Source: Lama glama
Lineage: Eukaryota
Length of the DNA: 64,000 nucleotides
Reading direction: 5' to 3'
Assembly (NCBI GenBank): GCA_028534125.1
Contig: CM052817.1
Coordinates: 21,516,001-21,580,000, forward strand
In this document: in pieces, positions 51,184 to 63,420 of the stretch
How the letters are laid out: each line of letters opens with the position of its first letter
Position numbering within the stretch: the first letter of the stretch is position 1
The notes under the pieces: model-generated
The model's database searches: none
What the model was told of the DNA's origin: nothing
Seen by the model: the letters and a program-made list of their open reading frames with translations, nothing else
Program-made: the position numbers and the translations under genes

Positions 51184-52631
51184 AATCATAACTACAGAAA
51201 TGACTAAGAATACTTTAGCTAATAGATATTATCAAGAGAATTGTAAAATATCAAATTATCACTGCAAATATTTTCTGAATTGAAATACCATTCCCCAAGA
51301 GAACTAGTGTTTTTTCTATTTTCTTGAATCTTGTTTTCCATCCCACTCTTTGTATTTCCTTCTGCATTTTTCTTTAATCTTCTAGAACTCTTTGAATATT
51401 AATCTTGTATAAAATGAACACTTTATAATAGCAGAAAAGAAATTGTGTATATTTTAACTATATATACAACTTTTGTAACACATACTAAAACATTTTCTTG
51501 AAATAATTAGCTTTAAGAAATCTTATTTTGATTTTTTTAAAAGCTTGTATTACAGAAATATTCTATTTGTAACTGCCTCATGGAAGTATCAACTCATTAA
51601 AGATATTTTAAAGCTATTTTTGAAAAAATTCTATTAAACCATAAGTGAACTAATGCCTTAATATCATTGTACTCTCCAAGGATAAAACATTATCAAAGTT
51701 GTTATTAAGACCCGTCAACAAATGTTATTATGTTTTCATTTATGTTTAGACTACTAAGACAGTACATATACATGAGAATGTATTAAAACACCAGGCTCAC
51801 AAATATGACATAATTTTCAAGGCTAGGAAAGAAAATTAGTAAAGGGAATGTGTGTGGCCAGACCCTTATCTGATTCAAATGAGATAAATGTTGAAATCTT
51901 ACTGTGTTTGAGAAGACATACAAGATCAATTTCCCTAGTGATCTAAATAAATTCATTCCTAATCTGAAAGTAATTGACATTCAGTGGTTAGAATTTAATT
52001 GCAATACTTATTTAAATAGCCAATTTTAATGAAGGCAAAGGGTCACTTTCAGTAATCTTAAATTAGAAGAATAAATAAGAGAGTAAATTAATGTTTTGAG
52101 TTTTCATACTTTTTGAAAGGGAATGATCCCAATTCATTTTATTGGTTCTGAATAGAAGAGTAATGGCAGCCTGACACTAAATTTAAATGGTGTGCCTATG
52201 CATAGAAAAATATGTTTTGTGAGCATTTACCCTAATAAAAAGTCAATTTTCAAGCATTATTCTTGGAAATAATATTTTAGAATTAAAATAAAAATGATGC
52301 TTTTTTTAAATCTTCTAAAAATAAACTCATATTTTATAATGGATATTCTATGAAGGTTGAATGCTGCTCTACCCACTAAAGCTAATTGATTTTTAAAACA
52401 TCTTTTGTTTTCAAGTTGAAGCATGCACTTTATTTTGTGATGTCCTATGAGTTAATCTATAAATATATTTATCTCAAATTTTTTTAGGAAAATAAAGATT
52501 TCACATTTTTACTATCTATATGACATTTTCGGATATTAGAGTCACATTTATCAAATATGCCAAAGTTATGTCTATACTTAAGACATGAGGCAGGTTTCTT
52601 AAGATGATAAAGTAATTGCTGTATTATTCTC

Positions 52632-52955
52632 CTTTTTAAAAATAGACTGTATCTTTTAAGAGCAGATTTAGGTTCACAGCAAACTTGAACACAATGTACA
52701 GAGATTCTCATAAGCCCCCTGTACCACACCTGCATAGTGTCTTCCATTATCAGCATCCCCTAACAGAGTGGTACATTTGTTAAAATCAATGAACTTTTAC
52801 TGGCACATCGTTATCACAGAGTTCATCTTTGGTGTTGTACATTGTATGGTTTTTGACAAATTTACAATGATGTGTATCCATCATTACAGCATCATACAGA
52901 GAAGTTTAACTGCCCTAAAAATCTGTGTTTTGCTTATTTATTATCCTCTTCCAAT
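52632..52955 (-). mobile_element. L1MC1/2-like 3' end
   Basis: aatagactgtatcttttaagagcagatttaggttcacagcaaacttga...cagagtggtacatttgttaaaatcaatgaac...ggtgttgtacattgtatgg...actgccctaaaaatc. Confidence 0.85.
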
Positions 52956-54366
52956 GCCGTTATAGGCTTGTCCTTAGCTACGTGTATAAGATACAAATAT
53001 CTGAAGGTTTAATATAGCCTTGAATCATATACAATTTAAAAAATAAAAAGAGCAGAAATTCTCAAGGTATGTAAAGCTACAAGAGTAAACTTACATTTTC
53101 TGGATGACTAGACACAAAGTGAGCTATATTTCCCTTATGCTAAATGCTCATTATTTTTCCAAATTGTCATTTTGAACCTAAATCATCTGACTTGAGTCAA
53201 ATTCCTTCATGGCTCAGAAGGGACATTGTCTCACTTTTCTATTCTTTCTTCCTCTCTCTTTACTGTTTTGTTTTGTTTTGAATTATAGAGCTTAGACGTA
53301 AACTGTAGCCAGATGTGGTGAAACTAAGAGGCTGGTCATAGTCTCGCACTGCACTGCTGCGGTAACAGAAATTTTGGCTAAATTCTACTGTCTTTGACAG
53401 CCATTTGTAAGAGCTCCTTGATATAAGAGAATACTCAGTTACACCAGTGTTGGATAAATTTAGATAATATCACATTCCGAGAGGATAGGTTCACTAATAT
53501 TAGCTGAAGTGCCAATCAGCCCCGCAAAGCTCTCCTTGTTACAAAATATTACAGAATGGAGTTGGAAACATCTGCAAACTTTGGTGTCACTGTTCCTTGT
53601 GCCTTTGTTGGAAATTCTAAAGGAATGTGAATTTGATCATGTGATTCTCCCTGTAACAGTTAAATGGCTGTTCTATTTCTTAGAAAGCAGGTGGTGGAAT
53701 ACACAGTGCAAAAGCCGAGCAGGCAACTGTCTCAATTTTGTGCATTTAAGAGCTGATGAGATGACTGACGACATTGCCAGCTAGAAGCCATCATGCGGTC
53801 TGAAATGCCCTCTGTGACAATATTAACAATATTGCTTTTCATGAAGATCCTACATACATCTTAATGAGTGGAGAACACTTAACACTGTGGCAAAATGAAC
53901 TCTGATTATCAAGCTTCAGAATGAAAGGCCCATTGGTACTTGTTCAGTGCATTATAATATAATACAATCCCATGGTGTCTTCTGAAAATATCTTAAACTA
54001 CTTTAATCTCATATCAACTCGAAGGTATTTTAAGCAGTGGCATAGCCCTGGTCACATAGATAAACAGTTCAGCTGAGATTGAAGTTAGTTGTAGCTCTGA
54101 AACTAGTTTCCAAGCTCATTTCTCAACATCACGCCGCTTTTGCTAGAAGAAAAGCACTGGTATCAAGATGACAGGAGCAGAGGGAATGCCTGAAAAGGGG
54201 ACTAAGAGGGAGCCTCAACTTTAGTGTCAACATAAAGTCCTTAGTTTACCTGGGCAACAAGTATTTCACGGAATGGGAGGGCCTTGAAAGATGATCAGGG
54301 ATGCAGAATAATAAAAAAAAATACATATATATATATTTGCTTCTTTATAGTTTGGTTCAGAAACTG

Positions 54367-54567
54367 TGGAGTTGCCAGGAAAATATATAAAGCCCAATTA
54401 AATTTGAATTTCAGATCAACAATGAATAATTTTTAGTATATATATTTACATAATCATGCTAAATAATTCTACTCACTTCCTTATACTACAAATTATTTGT
54501 TGTTGATCTGAAATTCAAATTTAACTAGGGATTCTGTATTTTTATTTGCTAAATTTGGCTATTTTTG
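54367..54567. mobile_element. MER53-like palindromic hAT MITE
   Basis: gttgccag...ttaaatttgaatttcagatcaacaa...ttgttgatctgaaattcaaatttaa...ctgtatttttatttgctaaatttggc; perfect 25-bp arms at 54398-54422 and 54500-54524. Confidence 0.88.
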
Positions 54568-54579
54568 TTAGATGGCTAT

Positions 54580-55590
54580 TGTAGCAGACATTGTTGGCTA
54601 CTTAATCAACAATACTTTTTTCCTTTTTCCTTCCAATGGATCTGCCATAAAAGGCTAATCAAGATCAGACTAAGTCAGTCATGGCAATCTTGTTTCCTAT
54701 GCACTACAGGCGCACAGTGAACATATGATATAGCAGATGAAAAGGAGAAGCCATTGATGGCCTTTGAAAGAGAACTGTTCTTCTTGATTTGGGGGGGCAG
54801 GGAATGAGAATAGTTGTTTCTGTCAATCTTAGAGAGACCAAATCACCAGTCTCACTGTTCTCCACACACAAATTCACTGGACAGCTGCACTGATAATATG
54901 ACCAACATTAAGCATAAGAGAACAAAGTTTATAAATGCTGACATCAGAGGGGAAGAAGGGCTTCACCAGCCGGGTGCTAACAAGGTAATTGGAGAAGCAG
55001 TAGAATGATAGAAGTGAAAGGATTTCTTTGTTAATTAGAGAGGGGCTACATTTAGCATGAGTTCCCTGATTGGTTATATATGAAATCTACCTGACAGTCA
55101 CACGTGTCCCCCAAAAGGAAATGTGTTTTCCTAAATTTGCTACAGTACGTCATAGGGTCACTTGATCAGCAACACAAATGGGATATCTAGTATGTCAGTT
55201 AAGGAGGGAGGGAATAGAGGAGAGGTCAGGAGAGGCCAGTAAGAGAACCCTGGGTCAAAGGGTACTTATATCAAAGAGTTTCCATCTAGATATCACAGAC
55301 TAGTGGGCTCTTCTTATTACAATAGTGCAAAGAGAAAACATTGCATCACCTTTTTTGCATCTTGTTTGAGCCACTGTTACAAGAGGATGTGATATTGGGA
55401 ACTATGATGGCTATCTTATAATAATGATAGTGATAACACACTAAAAATTGCAGAAGAAGTGATGAAAAAAATCTGAATTCCTTATATCAAAACTGGGTTC
55501 TTACAAAACCTTAGACTGTATACCTCTTGCCTCATTTTTATGAAGACATATTCCTAAAGATTTACCCACATTTATTTCTTGCAACTTAAC
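54580..55590 (+). mobile_element. MLT1J/K-like MaLR LTR, apparently split by a roughly 500-bp insert (about 54810-55325)
   Basis: 5' part tgtagcagacattgttggct...ctaagtcagtcatggcaatc; 3' part gaggatgtgatattgggaactatgatggctatctt...tttcttgcaac. Confidence 0.5.
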
Positions 55591-55689
55591 ATATCAACAA
55601 AAGATTGAAAATTCCCAATTCCCTAAATTTTCTAATGGCTAAAAAAAAAATTCTGAAGATACCTGTGAAATTTCTCTCTTTTACTTAAA

Positions 55690-57810
55690 AATATTTGCAT
55701 AGTAACTATTGTGTGCCATATACTTCTCCCAACACTGGATCTGGTCATCCACGAGACAAGCAAGGCCCTTTGCATTAGGGTCATAATACTAAAAGTGAAG
55801 AAAGAAAGATGCTAGAAGTTAGCTAGGGCACATAAGAGAAAGGGAAAAAACTGATGGAGGATTGAATTTGGTAGATGAAATCAAGAATTATTGATATTTA
55901 ATTGTGTGATGGCTTAGACAGCCAACTATAACAAGTATGCAGTAAGTTTTATATATATACACAAGTGGATCACAAGGAAGCATTAGAGGTGGATGTATAT
56001 ATTTGAAAGTCACAGGTACATAGGTTGAAGATAAGTATCTATGAAATGACCTAGGAAAAGAATGTAGACAGAGAATAAAACAAAGCAAAACAAAAAACAA
56101 GGAGGGATCCAGGGATGTTTCCTGGCATATCCAGTCTATTCAGAAACAAGGACCATTAAAGAGTGCAGAGAACAATATTCACTGAGGAATGTCAGGGACT
56201 GTTTCAAGGAGATTATTGTATTAAACATGGCTGAACAGTAGCCTAAAATGAAGACAAAGCAGCTTCCTTTGGGGCAATGAAAATGCTCTCTGTGACCCTG
56301 ACACAAATTCTAGAAAATATGGTGGAAACTAGGTTATGTGAGTTAAAATGTCATTGGTGGGGAGACAGTCTCAGCATTTTTTCATGTGAATTTTTTTTTT
56401 CAGTAACTGGAAGAAGAAAAATAAGACAGAAGATCAAGAGAGGTGTGTGATCAAACACAAATGTTTGTATGCTCCCAGTAACTGCTGGAGTGCAGTTCAT
56501 CAGTAATAGACGGAGGATGCGTTCTAAAGAAACTGGGAAAGGAATAGCTTTTGGTAATTGGTAACAGAGGAAAACTTAACACTTTGTAAAATTAGATAAA
56601 GACTAGAGGGCCATGTGTAACTAAAATTGTTCAATTGGTTATGAAATAATGAGAGGAGGTCCTATCTGATGGAATCCATCTTCAAAATGAATTTTGAGGC
56701 AAGATTACGAGCTACAAATGAAGAATAGAGGAGATATAGGTGGTCTGAGGAGAAACTTGAAGGTACAAAATAGTTATTTTTGTATCTGAGATCAATATAA
56801 AAATTTAATTTAGACACAGGTGGGCTGCTCAGTAGTGTTGCCTATTTGAGGTTTATTTTCTTGAATTTAACTTTGAAACAGTCAGTGAAATGTGTGATTT
56901 TTCTCCAGAAAACTTAAGAGGATGAATGTTTGTAGTTAAGCATCGTTGGCAATTCATGTAAGGATGGAAGTGAACAGCAGAAGATTAATGATCGCTGTAA
57001 AACAAAACAAAACAAAACAAAAAACTGATGTTGTTTGCAGTTTTTAATCTGGTGAAAGAACTGCTACAATATGGTTCTGAGAATAAAGGAACTATAGTAG
57101 CAGAAGAGAAAGTCAGATTCTGAGGTTGTAGAAAGCAAAGTTTAGAGTTACTCCGCATAACAAGCCTTTGGAAGAAGCTGCGTCACTATGCATAACAAGT
57201 TCCCAAACGTGACTATGACAGTGGCTGAAGGAAAATTGGAGACAAGATCAAGGGGTTGAGATAACCAGTTATTCAATGGGCTATGTATGTGGATAATATA
57301 CTTGAAAAAATTATAGGAATGAGATGAAGAGGAAAATAGGACTCAACAATAGATCAATAACTGTGGAGAAATAAGCAGAAAATCTGAAGGTGATACCAAT
57401 GGGAGACTAGGTAGGTGGCACTATGTCTATGGAATATACTTACAAGATCTAGAGCTTTTGAAGGAGGGAAAAATTGGCTTCGGAGAGGCCATGGACCTTT
57501 ACACACTGGCTGTGAGACAATAAGAGAATAATAACTGTACTTTAAACAGCAGTCTCTATTTAAGGAGACTAGAGGGAGGTAGAGTCCTCAGAGGATCATG
57601 CATATCAAATTATTGTAAAGAGGAGAAAAATATTTTTAAAAAGGGTAAAGGATATAGATACTCTTGCTGGTCACAGATCTGGTGTGTTAGAAGGTAAAAT
57701 AAAATGTTTCCAGTATATTCAGGAAAGATAGAAGAAGGACTGGGTCAAACAAGGGATTTAGAAACCATGACTTTAGTAGGATTATTTTAGAGACCTGGAC
57801 TTCTGGTTGT
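55690..57810 (-). mobile_element. Long degenerate L2 element
   Basis: Starts at an L2 3'-end motif (aaatatttgcatagtaactattgtgtgcca) and continues with purine-rich antisense L2-like motifs such as atttgaaagtcacaggtacatagg and gaggtcctatctgatgg. Confidence 0.6.
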
Positions 57811-57847
57811 GGAAAAGGAAAAAAGAAAGAAGAAAAAGCAGAATAGT

Positions 57848-58920
57848 ACGGGACGGGTCCCGTGGGGAGGGAGCGGCCAAGGAGGACTGGCTCTCATTCG
57901 CTGGGTCTCCCCTCTCCAACGAAGAGGCCAGCGAGACGGAGGGGGAGCCTCCGAGGCTCGGATCTGTACGGGGCACCCCTTGACTGACAGAACTAAGTTA
58001 AACAGGCACAAAGGGTCCCTGTGACACCCAGCCCGAAACATGAGCTGGCAGCTGGGGGCCGGGACAGGCCACCCGAGCCGGGTGGAGGAATGGGGCGGCT
58101 GCACCGAGGGAGCCTTAGGGGACTGCAGGGCGCTGCACGCCATGGCTGGGAGGGGATACCAAGCAGAACAACCTGGGTCCCCAATAAATTACGAAAATAA
58201 AAAAAAAAAAGCAAAGCAACACTGCTGGTGTGCCCTGGGGGGAGGGCACTATAGCCTTTGTCTCCTCAGACCCACAGTGCCATTACTGGCGCTTCTCGGG
58301 AGAAGAGAGGTGGGGCGCAGCCACAGCCACCATCTCCTCCTGTGCGCAGCGCCCTGGCGGGGGCGGGGCTGAGCCCTGAATCCGCACCTGGGGGCTCCAC
58401 AACCTCCCAGGCAGGACTGAGACTTGTTTGTAGCCCGAGGCAGATAGGATCTTTCCACCCTGGTACCTCAGAGAACTCGGGCTGCCAAGACAAATAAGGA
58501 ACTGGGTTTTGGCACAGAGCAGGGGCTGGGCTGTTCCACAGTCTTCCCCGAGCCCGCTTATGGAGCTCCGACCCAGGGTGGAGAGGGAAGCTGCACAGAG
58601 CAGGGAGCGACTGGCGCCAGGAGAGGGCGGGCGGCCATCCACCTTCCTGGTAGGAGCACAGCACCTGACCTTGGTGCTGGGAGGGGGCGCGATCTGCCCA
58701 CCTGCCTCCTGAGTACAGTATCTGACTGCAGCATCCGGAGGGGGAGTGACCTGCTCTCCAACCATGTAAGAGTGCAGCACCTGACTCAGTGTTGGGACGG
58801 GGCGCGATCTGCTTGCTGACAGGCACTGGGAGCAGCACAGACGAAGGTGCCAACAGAGGGCCTCTGGAAACAGCAAGCTGAGTTCGCGAAATAGGGTGTA
58901 ACAGAAAGACCTCTCGATAA
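57848..58920 (+). promoter_or_regulatory. CpG-rich L1 5'UTR (internal promoter region)
   Basis: The only CpG-dense stretch in the window, directly upstream of ORF1; includes a GC box ggggcggggc near 58359-58369. Confidence 0.75.
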
Positions 58921-59434
58921 AATCATTAGGAGTGCACAGTCTCCACGAGAACACATCACTTTTGTTTCTTTAATCTGTTCTATTTTCTATCACCCTTTAA
59001 ATTTTTACTTTTTAAACAATTGTATATGTCTACAGTTTTAATCCTTTTAAAATTTTTCTTTTAAAATATTTTTATTATTATTATTTTTAAAAATCTACCT
59101 CATTTCATTTTTATTTCTCTTGGTTTTGAGCTTCTGTTATTGATTACAAACAGGTTTCAAATATTGTTTTTTGATTTTTTCTCCTTTTTAAAGATTTTTA
59201 AAAGACATCTCAACTCAATTGCTATTTTGCTTCAACTTGCTCTTCTATTATTGATTACACACTGTTTTCAAACCTTTTTTTCTCCCTTCTTTTAAAATTC
59301 TCTCTTCTTTTTTTTTTTTTGTTTAAAGTTTTATTCCTGCATAGGCCTTAGAAAGATAAATAAATAAACTCCTTAAGGACCACAATGGATAGCTGATATT
59401 CCATAAGCCACAATGCCAGAGAGATATTAGCAAG

Positions 59435-60321
59435 ATGAAGAAGCAGAGGAACCAATGCCAATTAAAAGAGCAAGAGAAATATCCTGAAAGAATGATCAAT
59501 GAAATAGACATTGATGGCCTACTAGATCAAGATCCCAAAAAAAGGAGTGGTCAAAGTACTGAAGGAACTAAAAGAGATAGTGTTTAGAGATACAAAATAT
59601 GTCAAAAATGAAATTAAAGCCTAAGAAAAGCCAAGTAGAATTGGTAAACTCATTTGCTGAGATGACAGCTGATCTGATGGCTGTACAAAGCAGGCTAGAT
59701 AATACAGAAGAGCAAATTAGTGACCTAGAAGACAGGACAACAGAAAGCACCCAATCAGAACAACTGAGAGAAAAACAAATAAAAACCAATGAAAACAATA
59801 TAAGGGACCTATGGGATAATATAAAGTGTGCCAAACTACGCATAATAGGGGTTCCAGAAGGGGAAGAAAGAACAAAGGGACTGAAAAGGTATTTGAAGAA
59901 ATCATGACTGAAAACTTCCCAAACCTAAAGGAATCAGATATCCAAGTACAGGAGGCTCAGAGGGTCCCAAACAGGAAGAACCCAAACAGACCACACCAAG
60001 ACATATCATAATCAAGATGGCCAGAGTCAAGAATAAAGAAGTTATCCTAAAGACAACAAGAGAAAAAAAGAGTGAGTTACAAGGGAACCTCCATAAGGCT
60101 CTCAGCTGATTTCTCTACACGAACACTACAGGCCAGAAGGGAGTGGCAAGATATATTGAAAGTCCTGAATGAAAAAAAAGATGCAGCCTAAGATACTCTA
60201 TCCATCAAGGCTATCCTTTAGAATAGAAGGAGAGATAAAGAATTTCACAGACAAGCAAAAACTAGAAGAGTTTACCAACACTAAACCCATGCTAAAAGAA
60301 ATATTGAAAGGTCTACTCTAA
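59435..60321 (+). pseudogene. L1 ORF1p (RNA-binding protein), frameshifted
   Basis: Starts MKKQRNQCQLKEQEKYPE and ends KPMLKEILKGLL-stop. Hallmark segments SRLDNTEEQISDLEDR, RDLWDNIKCAKLRIIGVPEGEE and IMTENFPNL...QEAQRVP fall in different frames. Confidence 0.92.
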
Positions 60322-60716
60322 ATAGAAAAGCAGCAGGATGCTTCAGAAATGAGAAACTCATAACTGGAAAGGTGATAACTATCATGAATTACAAATAGAA
60401 TTAACACAAAATTGTAAAAGAAGACATCTAAATCATTAAGAGTGAGACAGGGAGGCAAGAAAATATATTTTTTTCTTTTTTAAACTTTTTTAACTCATTA
60501 GGATGGGTTTGAGTCTATATTACTATCTGTTTAATACAAACAATTATAATGGGTTAATAGACTTCCAAAAATGGTAACCACAACCCAAAAACTTACAAGT
60601 GAGTCACAAAAACTAAATAAAATCCAAGATAATAAAAAGTAAAATTACCAAACCACAAAAGGAAGAAGAAAGGAACAAAGAGGATATACCAATTCAACTG
60701 CAAAGATAAGTTCAAA

Positions 60717-62782
60717 ATGGTAATAAACACATATCTATCATTAATTACTATAAATCTTAATGGACTAAATGCTCCAATCAAAAGACATAGAGTGGCAGAC
60801 TGGATAATAAAGCAAGAACCTTCAATATGCTGCATACAAGAGACCCACTTTAGGGAGAAGGACACATATAGATTGAGAGTGAAAGGATGGAAAAGGACAG
60901 TCCATGCAAATGAAAAAGCCAAAAAGCAGGTATAGCAGTACGGATTTCAGACAATATAGACTTTAAAACAAAGGCCATAAAGAAAGATAAAGAAGGACAT
61001 TTTATAAAGATTAAAGGAGTAATGCAAGTGAGGATACTACACTCATTAATATATATGCATCCAATATAGGAGCACCTAAGTACATGAATCAGTTACTAAC
61101 AGAGATAAAGGGGGATTTTGATGGGAATAAAATCATTGTCAGAGATATTAACATCACTAGGCAGATCTTCCAGACAGAAAATAAATAAGGCAACAGAGAA
61201 ATTAAATGATACAATAGAAAAATTAGATTTGGTGGATACTTTCAGAGCATTACACCCCCCAAAAATAGGATATACATTCTTTTCAAGTGCACATGGAACA
61301 TTTTCTAGGATTGATCATGTACTTGGGCACAAAAGAAGCCTCAACAATTTTAAGAAGATAGGAATAATCTCAAGCAACTTTACTGACCACAATGCCATGA
61401 AACTAGAAATCAACTACAGAGAAACAAAGGAGAAAAAAGGGAAAGCATGGAGATTAAACAACATGCTATTAAAAAAAAGAAACAATGGGTCAACGATGAA
61501 ATCAAAGTTAAAATTTAAAAATACCTTGAGACAAACGAAAATGAAAATACAGTCACACAAAATTTATGGGACGCAGCAATGGCAGTGCTAAGAGGGAAGT
61601 TTATAGCGATACAGGTCTTCCTCAAAAAAGAAGAACAATCTCAAATAAACTATCTAACCAACCAGCTAAAAGAATTAGAAAAAGAAGAGCAAGAAAACAC
61701 AAAAGTCAGCATAAGGAAGGAAATTATAAAGATCAGGGAGGAAATAAATAAAATAGAGATTAAAAAAACCATATAAAAATTAATCAAACCAAAAGCTGGG
61801 TTTTTGAAAGAGTAAATAAAATCATCAAACCTCTGGCCAAACCTTCTTTCTTCACAAAGAAGAAAAAAGAGAGAGCACAAATTAGCAAAATAAGAAAGGA
61901 AAATGGAGAAATTACAACAAATAAAATAGAAATACAGAACATCATACGAGAATATTATGAAAAACTATATGGAACCAAACTGGATAACCTAGAGGAGATG
62001 GACAAGTTTCTGGAAACATACAGTCTACCAAGACTGAATCAAGAATAAACTGACCACTTGAACAAACCGATCACTAGAAATGAAATCGAAATAGCAATAA
62101 AAAACCCTCCCTACAAATAAAAGTTCAGGACTGGATGGCTTCACCGGGGAATTCTACTTAACATATAAAGAAGAACTCATACCAGTCCTTCTCAAACTTT
62201 TCCAGAAGATTGAAAAGGAGGGAATACTCCCAAACTCATTCTATGAAGCCACCATCACCCTGATACCAAAACCAGGCAAAGATACTATCAAAAAAGAGAA
62301 TTATAGGCCAATATCACTGATGAACATAGATGCCAAAATCCTCACCAAAATATTAGCAAACAGAATCCAACAACACATAAAAAAGATTACACATCATGAC
62401 CAAGTAGGGTTCATCCCAGGGACACAAGGGTGGTTCAACATATGCAAATCAATGTAATATGTCACATCAACAAGAGAAAGGACAAAAACCACATGATCAT
62501 CTCAATAGATGCAGAAGAAGCATTTGATAAAATTCAACACCTATTTATGATAAAAACTCTCACCAAAGTGGGTATAGAGGGAACATATCTCAACATAATA
62601 AAAGCTATCTATGACAAACCTACAGCGAGCATAGTACTCAACGGTGAAAAACTCAAAAGCTTCCCACTAAAATCTGGGACAAGACAAGGATGCCCACTAT
62701 CACCACTCCTATTCAACATAGTCTTGGAAGTCCTAGCCACAGCAATCAGGCAAGAGAGAGAAATAAAAGGGATCCAAATTGG
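60717..62782 (+). pseudogene. L1 ORF2p (APE endonuclease plus N-terminal part of reverse transcriptase), disrupted and cut by the gap
   Basis: Motifs NLNGLNAPIKRHR, CCIQETHF, GTFSRIDH, TDHN and [21 protein letters not shown]. Several frameshifts, and stops at 61774-61776 and 62046-62048. Confidence 0.95.
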
Positions 62783-63282
62783 NNNNNNNNNNNNNNNNNN
62801 NNNNNNNNNNNNNNNNNNNNNNNNNNNNNNNNNNNNNNNNNNNNNNNNNNNNNNNNNNNNNNNNNNNNNNNNNNNNNNNNNNNNNNNNNNNNNNNNNNNN
62901 NNNNNNNNNNNNNNNNNNNNNNNNNNNNNNNNNNNNNNNNNNNNNNNNNNNNNNNNNNNNNNNNNNNNNNNNNNNNNNNNNNNNNNNNNNNNNNNNNNNN
63001 NNNNNNNNNNNNNNNNNNNNNNNNNNNNNNNNNNNNNNNNNNNNNNNNNNNNNNNNNNNNNNNNNNNNNNNNNNNNNNNNNNNNNNNNNNNNNNNNNNNN
63101 NNNNNNNNNNNNNNNNNNNNNNNNNNNNNNNNNNNNNNNNNNNNNNNNNNNNNNNNNNNNNNNNNNNNNNNNNNNNNNNNNNNNNNNNNNNNNNNNNNNN
63201 NNNNNNNNNNNNNNNNNNNNNNNNNNNNNNNNNNNNNNNNNNNNNNNNNNNNNNNNNNNNNNNNNNNNNNNNNNNNNNNNNN
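62783..63282. other. Assembly gap (500 N)
   Basis: Run of exactly 500 N. Confidence 0.99.
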
Positions 63283-63420
63283 TATGATAAATCACAGAGA
63301 AAAAAATGTGACAATGAGTGTGTATATGTCCATGAATGACTGAAAATTTGTGCTGAACACTGGAATTTGACACAACATTGTAAAATGATTATAAATCAAT
63401 AAAAAATGTTAAAAAAAAAA

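Larger units (their letters stand above)
57811..63420 (+). mobile_element. Near-full-length, inactivated LINE-1 (spans an assembly gap)
   Basis: In order: GC/CpG-rich 5'UTR, T-rich linker, ORF1, inter-ORF spacer, ORF2 endonuclease and RT homology up to the gap, then 3'UTR end with aataaa and an A tail at 63398-63420. Confidence 0.93.

Noticed and set aside
54420..54500. miR-1302 family gene within MER53
   Set aside because: The central region that would yield the mature sequence (recalled as ttgggacatacttatgctaaa) is not recognisable on either strand.
689..56100. Short ORFs (60-116 aa) throughout the ORF track as host genes
   Set aside because: No recognisable domains; compositions reflect AT-rich or microsatellite DNA, many overlap decayed repeats, and I see no convincing exon chain. 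Small exons of a large gene cannot be excluded by eye.
58654..58845. CRISPR-like repeat-spacer array
   Set aside because: The units are diverged along their whole length with no unique spacers, sit inside a mammalian L1, and there are no cas-like ORFs.
57848..58920. Host-gene CpG-island promoter
   Set aside because: It lies directly upstream of L1 ORF1 and is explained as the L1 5'UTR; no host exon is evident.
58266..58954. Antisense 223-aa and 195-aa ORFs in the L1 5'UTR (possible ORF0 analogue)
   Set aside because: Both are called from non-ATG starts, long stop-free frames are expected in GC-rich DNA, several frames are open at once, and no domain is recognisable. Conservation across family copies would be needed.
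62430..63373. ORFs of 186-285 aa near the window end
   Set aside because: Mostly X from the N gap; the only real part is L1 ORF2 RT sequence already annotated.
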